Shown here piece by piece: positions 53,601-64,000 of a stretch of DNA of 64,000 bases; the first letter of the stretch is position 1; every line of letters begins with the position of its first letter. Origin of the DNA: the human T2T-CHM13v2.0 reference genome, Homo sapiens; assembly GCF_009914755.1 (NCBI RefSeq), contig NC_060925.1; one strand, 5' to 3'. A program made the translations under genes and the position numbers. The notes beneath the pieces were generated by a model. That model saw only the letters and a list, made by a program, of their open reading frames with translations, searched no databases and was not told the origin of the DNA.

Positions 53601-55004
53601 TTAATAAAAATTAAAAAGGGAGTCTTTATTAGACTATAATAATTCTCCTGTGTTTTTCTGCATATTATTTACATATAATGCAACTCATCTTCAGTCAGGA
53701 CTTCAGGGACACTTGTGCCAGCAGACCGGTACCCAGAGAAATAAGTGAAGAACAGAGTTTACTGTAAATTTAAATATTAAACAAATGGACAGATATTTGT
53801 ATGTTCTACCAAAAAAAAAAAAGAAAAGATTATTTATTGATTCATTTCTAAAATATTAAAGGAAGTACAAGTTTTTCCAGGAAATATTAGAAAAAGAAAA
53901 ACATTGAGAAAGTAGTAACTTCAGTTTGTGAAGGGGTAAGAAAATCTCCAAGAAAAAAAAAAAAGATAGAGTTTGGAAGATAAAAAGGAGACGGACATTG
54001 TGACTTTTTCATGGCTAACCTGCCAAAATATACATAACATCAAAAAGTGTTGCAATTACAAATGTTGCTTTTTCTTGTTTTTATTCAAGTGGAAATGAAC
54101 AGTGTCCTGTAACCCTCAGAGTGAGACTAGAGTCAGAATGCAGGCTTTTCTCATTTGAAATCTGTAAGTACTTACTATTGTCACAATGGGTGGACAACAA
54201 TTTGGGTGTTTCCCCATGCAATAATTTGCATTCTTCACAACATGTCTGATATAATTAAATATTTCTAATATCTATATGTCAGATACTATACTAGATACTG
54301 AGGATATTCAGATAATTTAAATACATTTTTCCCTCAAAGAATTCACATTCTCTCTAATTAAACCCCTATCTAAGCCACTAACAATAATACACTATGATAA
54401 ATATGGTATAGAAATTGCCTTTTGAAAAGTCTAACAAAACTACCTCTACCATATCTTCTTAAAGTTAGGAAAGTTTTAAGCCTTTAAGCTCTTCTCTATT
54501 TCCCAAGATGAGGCCTATGACAAGAAAAAACAATCTTTTTACAGCTGATCTAAATATCTCCTATATAGGAAGTATTATATAATTTGAACCCAATTATCCA
54601 AAGATAAAAAGTATAATTCACTACTCTATGTCCTTATGTATGAGATGGGATCATTTCAGTTCATTTAGTCAAATTTGGTGACATATACAGAGGTGTACTT
54701 AAGTGTTAAGTGCTTGAATAGAGTTATCTGTTGTGGGCTGATTCCATAGGCTGCCTTTATTTGAAATGCTAATTATCTTAAAGCAGATTTGTATGTTTTT
54801 CTGTAAAGATTGTATGTTTTAGAAACACAGTTTGAGCCATAGTTTATAGAAATCCATGTAGTGATGAACTATTTAATGGTGAAATACTATTTCTGTTAAG
54901 ATGTACTCTTTTCCACAGAAATCTGTTAGGTCTAACAAACTGAGGCTTTTCTTCTTCAGTGATAATTTTTCCAATGGAGCTCAGAGTGTAGCAACACATC
55001 AGAC

Positions 55005-55381
55005 TGTATTAGTCCATTCTCATGCTGCTAATAAATACATACCTGAGACTGGGTAATCCTTAAAGGAAAGAGGTTTAATTGACTCACAGTTCCCCATGGC
55101 TGGGGAGGCCTTGCGAAACTACAATCATTGTGGAAAGGGAAGCAAACATGTCGTTCTTTACATGGCAGCAGCAAGGAGAAGAATGAGTGAAAGACAGAAA
55201 AGCCCCTTATAAAACCATCAGATCTTGTGAGAACTCACTCACCATCATGAGAACAGCAGCAGGGGGGTAACCACTCCCATGATTCAATTACCTCCCACCT
55301 GGTCCCTCCTGTGACATGTGGGGATTATGGGAACTACAATTCAAGATGAGATTTGGGTGGGGACACAGCCAAACCATATGA
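55005..55381 (-). mobile_element. Solo THE1C LTR (MaLR)
   Basis: tgtattagtccattctcatgctgctaataaa...gggaactacaattcaagatgagatttgggtggggacacagccaaaccatat. Confidence 0.88.
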
Positions 55382-55957
55382 GACTGTGTTTGATTGAAGC
55401 AAAGGCTGTTTACCCTGGCATTAGCTCTGTTCAAAAACTAATAGGAACAATTGGGTGGCTAAATTCAATTTAGGCAGAAATCTATCAGAATTTAGGAATA
55501 GAATTTTCCCTACATGAGGTTTAGTTACTTAAAAACATTTGTAGCCTTTTGTTTTTTTCATTTCCTCCCCCAAATAAAAGTGCTAAGACATTTTCAGAAT
55601 GGCACAGGCTTTGTGATCATGGTACAAAAAAAGTATGTTCAAAAATATATGTGCTGTTACATTTGCTTATTTACTTCAGTCTGGAAAAAAATAAATGACT
55701 TTGGGAACTATTAATCGATGTCTCTCCTGATCAGTGATGTCAGGCCCATAGCTAAAGTAACTTCATCAACTTAAATACATATCTTTGTACATATATATTA
55801 TTTTTTAAATGCCTCTTGAGTTCTTTCTTTTTCTTTTTCTTTTTTTTTTTATGTGAACATTCACTTTGAAGAAAACAGGTGAGAAATAACATGGAAAGTC
55901 ACAGCAGAGAAGTAACTAAATAGGGGGACTTGGGACAAAGAATGACTTTACCTGTAA

Positions 55958-56305
<348 letters not shown>

Positions 56306-56374
56306 AGGATGTTACAATTTTTTAAGAATGGAGAGGTAAGACAAATATATAGCACTCTGAAAAATAAAGCAATC

Positions 56375-59300
56375 TGTCTTCTCTTACAACACAGTAAACT
56401 AAACTAGAAATAATAACAGAGAGATAGCTTGAAAATCCCCAAATATTCAGAGATTAAACAACACACATCTAAACATGAGTCAAGAGAAATTTTAAAAGTA
56501 TTTTTAACAAAATTAAAATGAAATTGCAGCTCAACAAAACTGGTGGGATGCAGCAAAAAGAGTGTTTAGGGGAAATTTATAGCATTGAATGCCTATATAA
56601 GAAAATAAGAAAGATCTAAAATTAATAACCTAAATATCTACTTTAGGAAATTAGGAAAAGATGAGCCAATTGAATACAAAGTAAATAGAAGAAAAGAAAG
56701 AATAAAAATCAGAGCAAAAATCAATAAAATTGAAAACAGGAAATCAATAAAGAATATCAATAAAACCAAGGGCTGGGACTTTGAAAAGATTGATGAAGCT
56801 AAAAAATTTTAGGCAGGCTAACTAAGAAAAAAAAAGAGGATACAAATTACTAATACCAGAAATGAAAGAGAGGACGTTACTACAGATTCAATGGACATTA
56901 AAAGGATTATAAAAGAATAATATCGTAAACTCTGTGCCCACAACTTTGATACCTTAGATGATCTAAATAGACTGATATCTATAAAATAAATTGAATCTAA
57001 AATCAGTAACCTTTCAAAACAGAAAGCATTAGGCCCAAATGGATTCACTGGTGAATTGTATCAAACAAGGAGGAAAGTATACCAATCCTCTAATAATCTC
57101 TTTCAGAAGATAGAAGCAGAGGGAATACTTCCTAACTTATTCTCTGAATCTAGCATTACCTTAATATCAAAGGCTAATAAAGACATTACAAGAAAGGAAA
57201 ACCACAGACCAGTCTCTCTCATGAACATAAATTCAAATATCTTCAACAAAATATTAGGAAGTCAAGTCCAGCAATGTAGAAAGAGGAATTATATACCATG
57301 ATCAAGTGAAACTTAGCCCAGATATTCAAGGCTGGTTTAATAATCAATCAATATAATCTATCACATCAACAAGCTAAAGAAGGAAAATCATATAAGCATA
57401 TTAATAGATGCAGAAAGAGCATTTAAAATAATTCAACACCTGTTCATGATAAAAATCCTCAACAAACTAGGTATAGAGGAGAATTTTTTCAACTTGATTT
57501 AAAAAAGCAACCTACAGCTAACACCACACTTAATGATGAAAAACTAAAAACTTTCCACTAAGATCAGAAAAAAGGCAAGTATGTTTCCTACTATGATTCA
57601 AATGGGTCTCCCAAATATCTTGTGTTAAAACTTAATCCCCAAATTTATATGTTGATTGGAGTTAGGGCCTTTGGCTGGTAATTAGGATTAGATATGGTCA
57701 TCAGGGTGGGGCCCACATGATGGAACTGGTGGCTTTATAAGAAGAGAAAGAGAGACCTAATTTGTCACACATGCTCTTGCCTTCTTGCCATGTGGTAACT
57801 TCCACCGTGTTATGAAGCAGAAAGAAGGATCCTATGAGAAGCTCAGCACGTGCTGGCACTGTGCTATTGAATTTTCCAGCCTCCAGAACTGTAGGCCAAA
57901 ATAAACGTTTTTCCTTTATAAATTACCCAGCCTGAGGTATTCTGCTACAGCAACAAAAAACGGACAAGGTATCCCTTCCCACCACTACTATTCAAGATTT
58001 TACCAAAAGTTCTAGCAGATGTAATAAGGTAAGAAAAGAAAATGAAAAGTATATATACTGGGAAGAAAGACACAAAACTGTCTTTGTTCATAGATGCATG
58101 GTTTTCTGTGTAGAAAATATGAAAGAGTAGACAAAAAAATTTCTGAAACTAGTAAGTGATTATAGCAAAGTTGCAAGGTACAAGATTAATATGCAAAAGT
58201 TGATCTCTTTCTAATATACAAGCAATGAACAAGTGAAATTTGAAATTAAAAAAACACATTTATATTAGCACCCAAAAATAAAATATTTAGGTAAAAATCT
58301 AAGACAAGTACAAGATCTTTATGAGAAAAACTACAAATCTCTATTGAAATAAATCAAAGAAAAACTAAATGAATGGAGATACATTCTATATTCATGACTT
58401 GAAAGAATCAATATTGTGAGGACGTCAGTTTTTTCCAGCTTGATGTACAGGCTCAATGCAATCACAATAAAAATAACAGCAAGTTATTTTGTGGATATCA
58501 ACAAAATGATTCTGAAGTTTATAAGGAGAAACAAAAGACCTAGAATAGCGACACTATATTGAAGAATAAAGTCAGAGGACTGACACTACCAACTTCAAGA
58601 CATACCATAAAACTACACAATCAAGACAGTGTGGTGTTGGCAAATAAACAGGCAAATAGATCAATGGAAAAGAATAAAGAGCCCAGAAAAAAACCCACAT
58701 AAATATAGTTAACTAATCTTTTATAAAAACGAATATAATGGACAAAAGATAATCTCTTTAACAAATGGTGCTGGGACAATTGGACAACCACACATAAAAA
58801 AAAAAAAGGAATCTAGAGACAGGGTTACAACCATAGCAAACATTAACTCAAAATACCATAAACCTAGATAAATAAATAAATAACTAAATAAGTAATAAGC
58901 CTAAATGTAATATTATATATATACATATAAAACTCCTAAAAGAAAACACAAGAGAACATCTAGATGACCGAGGGCACAGTAATGACTTTTTAGATGTATC
59001 ACCAAAAATAAAGCCCATAAAAGACATAATTGATGAGCTGGATTTCACTATTAAAAACTTCCGCTCTATGAAAGACACTGTCAAGAATAGGAAAAGACAA
59101 ACCACAGACTGGGAGTGAATATTTGTAGAAGATATATCTGATAGAAAACTGATATTCCGAATATACAAAGAACTCTTCAGATTAAAATGTAAGAAAACAA
59201 CTTGATTTAAAAATATGCAAAAGACATGAATGGACACATCACCAGAGAAGATATAATGATGACAAAAGTATATGAAAAGATGCCCAAAATCATTTTTCAT

Positions 59301-59510
59301 TAAGGAATTGCAAATTAAAATAATAATGAGATATCATTGCACACCTATTATAGTGGTAAAAATTCAGAACACCAACAACAAATCCTGGTGAAGATGTGGA
59401 GCAATGTGAACTCTCATTCTTTGCTTGGGAAATGCAAAATGGTATAGCCACTTTGGAACACAGTTTGTCAGTTTTTTACGAAACTAAACACACACCTGCC
59501 ATAAAATGAA
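56375..59510 (+). mobile_element. Old L1M (MC/MD-like) ORF2 fragment, interrupted by an MST LTR
   Basis: ORF-track fragment LFQKIEAEGILPNLFSESSITLI..KENHRPVSLMNIN is the L1 ORF2 Z/RT region. Confidence 0.88.
57589..57971 (+). mobile_element. Solo MSTC/MSTD-like LTR (MaLR)
   Basis: cttaatccccaaatttatatgttgattggag...ccagcctccagaactgtaggccaaaataaac...ataaattacccagcctgaggtattctgctacagcaac. Confidence 0.82.
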
Positions 59511-61044
59511 ACAAGCCAACCAGATTGGTGTTTATTCTCAAGCTGTCTACTTGGGGCAGGGCAAGTGGGTCACAATTATGTTCTTTATTAACAAGCAGTT
59601 ATTTTTGTTGTGACCCAACAGAATACCTTATAATATTCTGTTATTCTAATTTTTCAGAAGGTACTGAAGAAATTGAGAGATTGTGCTAAACTTGATAGAA
59701 GGCAGAACAACCTTGATTTAGCTAGGATTTGAATTTTCATGTGTGGCTTTTTCAAAAGATTTTTAACTTGGCTTTTCTAGTAAGCCTGTGGAAAGGGTCA
59801 CTTAGTGCTTAGTGAACATCCCCTTATTCTTTAAGGTGATTCCTGCTTTGCCTATCCTCAGAGTGTGGTCAAAAGGCAAACTTTCCCACTTGCCTTTTCT
59901 TTAGCAGCTTTGTTAAGGGTGTCAGTGCTGAGAGTTGCTTATTTTTGGAGTGAGTGTTAATGATTTTATATTTTTCCTGTATACACTGTTCCAGCAGTGA
60001 GCAGACTCTTAACAAATCTCCAAAATAAACTCATTTACCAAGTCTTTCTCGTATTTGTCATTTTGAAAGATTGAATAAACATCAGTAAAAGAAGCAATCC
60101 AAGTTCTCATGCCAAATATGTATATGTCCAAGACCAGGATTTCTTCATGTCTGAATGTGGATATGGAGCCTAGAGTACTAGGTATTTTAAATTTTCATCT
60201 TAACTTATTTTTGCTTCTCCTCCTTCACATGCTCCAGTTTGGATGGGCCTTAAAGGTAGGGCTGCTTGCCGCTATACGAAGATCTGCTCTAGCAGACTGA
60301 AGGCTGGGCTATGTTCTATTTTATTTGGAAGAAGACTTGATTTCATAGCAGAGAATTACTAATTGTGGCTCAGAGAATCCTTTCCAGATGGCTGTAGGTT
60401 GGTCCAAAACACAAAAGGACCCAATTGGTCTAAAGCCTGGATGAGAGTCCCAGAGAGAATTGGATAAAGGTTGGAGGGAATTATTTCTGTTCTGGATCTG
60501 CATCTATAGTATCTGTAGAATGAGGCTAAGCTGAGCAAGAGGAGAGGAGAACAGAATGCATCTTTGGTTTCCTCTCCCTTTTTTCCACCCGTATTTTAAG
60601 GGAAAGCAATGTTAGGATTTGAAAACTTTTTTTTTCCATGTAACTTTTATTAGTTCATAAAGTTACATTGTGGGTCACTTAGTTCAATGCGGTTTCTCTA
60701 TTACCCTCTTCTCATCTACGTCATCTACGTGCTTTTCCATAATTCCTCCGTCTCCCCACTTTATCAGACTCTAGTTTCTGTTTCTTTGTATGCAACTGAA
60801 ACAATTTGAGACCAGACAAGCAATATTACTATGTCAAGTGGCAGGGCAGTGCCTCAAAAAGTTGTGGAGACTCACCAAACTGAAACGTATGACCCTCCTA
60901 AAGGTATTCAAATTCTAATGTGAATTTATTGACTAGTAGACAAATCAGAGGGTCAGGTTCCATCTACTGGTCATCTTTTCGCAACTGTTGCTCTGTTTTA
61001 TTCATATCTCCTTTAATTTTCCCCTTCCACCTTTCTAAAAAATT

Positions 61045-61255
61045 GTACAAGATAAGGGTGAAGTTTATAATCTTAAAATTCCGGCTCTACCACTTATTTT
61101 GTGAATTGGGCAAATTAATCTCTCTGTGACTCAGTTTTCTCATCTAAAAAATGGGGTGATAAAGATATTAACCCATTGAGTTGCTTTGAAGAATATATGA
61201 AGTAATACGGATAAAGCTCTGAGAGTAGCACCTAGAACACAGATGTACTATGTAA
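61045..61255 (+). mobile_element. MIR
   Basis: ttgggcaaattaatctctctgtgactcagttttctcatctaaaaatggggtgataa. Confidence 0.8.
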
Positions 61256-61569
61256 TTTTTTTAAAATAAATATTTGATTTTTTTATGGCCAAGAAGTCTG
61301 CTGAAATCTTTTCCTGAATTTCACTTCTCAGCTCACCTGTCTTCCTTCCCCCACTTCTGTGTTCCTGAGTGAAAGGCATACAAGGAATCAACATATGCAA
61401 GGAAACAAATAAGGTGCAGATTACCATTTGACTAGGCTAGTGCTGATTTCCCAATGATCAGCTATCTGCATGAAGCTTGCTGCTTAGGTTTGAGGCCTAA
61501 AAATTTTCATCACTACCCTTATGGCCACGTTTGAATCCTGTTGTCTTATCACCAGATTCAGATGTTAGG

Positions 61570-61885
61570 GCTTGGAAGAGACCTAGCATTATCTTTGTAT
61601 TGTCATATATTTTCGTAAAATTTGCAAAAGTGCAAATGCTTTAGCTACAATCAATCTTTTTCCTTACTGACTCTCCACATTGCGTACCCTCTATCCCAAA
61701 CTCATTTACCTACACATAAGGAGGCATTAATGTCTCCGCGGGAATGTATTGTGATTCGAATAGGAAGATTGAAGGAACATTTAGTTTGGATTTGTGGAGA
61801 TATATTTATGAGATGTGTAGTCACTTCCTTGTATAGTTCAATTGTTGTTAACTGTCCCACAGTAGAAATGGTTTCTAACAATGTT
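61570..61885 (+). mobile_element. hAT-Tip100 Zaphod/MER115-like fragment
   Basis: gtaaaatttgcaaaag...acatttagtttggatttgtggagatatatttatg...gtcacttccttgtatagtt. Confidence 0.6.
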
Positions 61886-61917
61886 TCAAATGCTTTTCAA
61901 TTCAAAAATGTTTAATG

Positions 61918-62030
61918 TTTTTTTAAATTAACAAATAAAATCATATTTTTTGTCATGTACAACATGATGTTTTGAAGTATATATACACTGTGGAATAGTT
62001 AAGTTGAACAATTCAAATTTTATATGCTTG
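61918..62030 (-). mobile_element. L1MA 3' stub
   Basis: catgtacaacatgatgttttgaagtatatatacactgtggaatagttaag. Confidence 0.7.
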
Positions 62031-63170
62031 CAAGAGTATTTAAGAGTAATCACCGCACAAGAATATCTCAATGCCCTGAAATCTTGCAGCTCTTTTATGA
62101 AAATACTTAAAAAAATTTTTTCAAAAATTGACAACAATCATAAAAATGTGTATGACATTAAAATAAATGAATATATTATATAATATATGTAAAGAGGTTT
62201 TGAAAAGATGTGTGACTCCTCTGTGTTTTTTTTGTTCTAAGACCAATCTAATTTTGATAAAATACTGCAGTATTTACATCATTGCTCAAATTGTATCACA
62301 TCGCATTGAGTTGCCATGTCTCCTCAGTGTCCTCTGGTGTGTTACAGTTTCTTAACGTTTCCTTGTTTTTCATGACCTTGATAGTTTTGAGGGGTATCAG
62401 TCAGGTATTTTGTAAAGTGTCCTTCAGTTTTGGTTTATCTGCTGTTTTTCTTATGATTAGACTGGGGTTATGAGTTTTTAGAAGACTACCACAGAGGTGA
62501 AGTGCCCTACTCCTCCCATTGTATTAGCAGGCACTTCATGTGCACATAAGACCACTGCTTCACCTTTATCAGGTTGAGATAGTAGTGCTTGCCAGGTATC
62601 TTCACTGTAATTGTACTCTTTTTTCTCATCCATTCACTATTCTTTGGGAGTAAGTCACTAAGTCTAGCCCATTCTTGGAAGAAGGGGTAGGGAAGACTAA
62701 ATTTCATCTCTTAGAGAGCTTATTTGGGATAACTAAGCTTCATTATTTGCAATTCTTGAATAAAGATGATTTCTCATCATTTACTTATATCCAAATAGAC
62801 TTGTAATATTTATTTTATATTACATTATTTATTTTTTAGTTGAAATTGTGCCAGTTTTTGCCATTGGGAATTCTTTCAATTGGCTTCTGTGTCCCTTTGA
62901 CACATCTCTATCCTTTGCTTTTTTTTTTTTCCACTTTCTTACTTTCTGCCACTGTAAGAGATTCCAGGTTCATTTTGTATTTTTCTTGCCCTAACCCTAC
63001 AATTAACCATTTCTTCAAGGAGCCTTGGTTTACTTGGGTAAAATGGTATTTAGAAACCAAGATCTAGGTGCTGTCTGTGCACACTGCCACTGGGTTATCA
63101 TTGCTTCTAGGACCTCTCAACCAACACAACTATTATGTATACTATTAGGTGTACATGCATATCTTTAGTT

Positions 63171-63171
<1 letters not shown>

Positions 63172-63229
<58 letters not shown>
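63172..63229. repeat. (TA)n(CA)n compound microsatellite
   Basis: direct read. Confidence 0.95.
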
Positions 63230-63576
63230 TATATAGTATATTATGTATATAGTACATACATTTATATATACTAATTTATGTGTACATGAATATCTATGCT
63301 TGTTTCTGTATCTATCCATTCGCATCTATAGTAAGCTAAAAATAAGTTCATGCAGATGTCTCCAACTCTGATCCACTACTATGGAGTTTATTTTAGCCTT
63401 CCCCTCTTGCTTAGCTATAACTTTATTCTCCAACAGTGAGAAAGGTGACACCCAATATCCATCTTCCTTTTACTTATTTATCCAATCCCTATATATATAT
63501 TAACCTTTCAGAAGGGCTAACATGTACCTCTATGAGAAAAATAAATGAAAACGAAAACAGAGTACAGTGTTTATGT

Positions 63577-63845
63577 AACAGGATCTTACTCTGTCACTCA
63601 GGCTGGAGTACAGTGGCACAATCATGGCTCACTTCAGCCCCAGGCTCAACTGACTCTTCCACCTCAGCCTTCCAAGTATCTAAAAATACAGATGCGCACC
63701 TCACCTGGCTAATTTTTGTATTTTTTTATAGAGAAGAGGTTTCACCCTGTTGCCAGGCTTATCTCAAACTCCTGGGCTCAAGCTATTTCCTCACCTCAGC
63801 CACCCAAAATGCTGGGGATACAGGCGTGAACCATCACACCAGGTC
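63577..63845 (-). mobile_element. AluJ, diverged, no visible poly(A) tail
   Basis: caggctggagtacagtggcacaatcatggctcact...caaactcctgggctcaagc. Confidence 0.85.
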
Positions 63846-64000
63846 TAAAGTTCCTTTTTTTGTCCTTGACTCTACAGTTTCTCTATTTTCATTTATAATT
63901 TACATTTAAAGTTTAGCTTTACAGTCAAAACATTGTTTTCCAAAGCTACATAGGTCAGCTCTCTTTACCTCCATCTCATTCAGTGCAAATATATCATATA

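Larger units (their letters stand above)
62285..64000 (-). mobile_element. L1MC-type 3' UTR (runs off the window), interrupted by AluJ and a microsatellite
   Basis: catgaccttgatagttttgagg...tcaggtattttgtaaagtgtcc; aatggtatttagaaaccaagatctaggtgct. Confidence 0.78.

Overview
AT-rich, CpG-poor primate genomic DNA, most likely human: a short L1 stub at 322-368 carries L1HS-diagnostic bases. The window looks intronic or intergenic. I find no supportable protein-coding exon, structural RNA gene, CpG island or CRISPR array; the recognisable ORFs in the track are Alu/L1 read-throughs and the rest look like chance ORFs. Much of the window is interspersed repeat: 11 Alu/FLAM copies, a full-length ~6.4 kb L1PA8-like element, several older L1M fragments, five solo LTRs (LTR47-like, LTR10C, MER9, THE1C, MSTC-like), DNA transposon relics (MADE1, Tigger3a, Charlie1, Zaphod-like), L2/MIR/CR1 remnants and microsatellites. 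The most notable observations are a 5'-truncated copy of the rare SVA2 retrotransposon, a ~50-bp L1HS micro-insertion with a perfect TSD inside an Alu (possibly polymorphic), a 116-bp fold-back palindrome grown out of a microsatellite, several smaller template-switch palindromes and tandem duplications, a miR-548-type MADE1 hairpin, and candidate regulatory elements. I do not see evidence for a new multi-gene system. Repeat subfamily names come from recall of consensus sequences and need RepeatMasker/Dfam confirmation; boundaries of old repeats are approximate.
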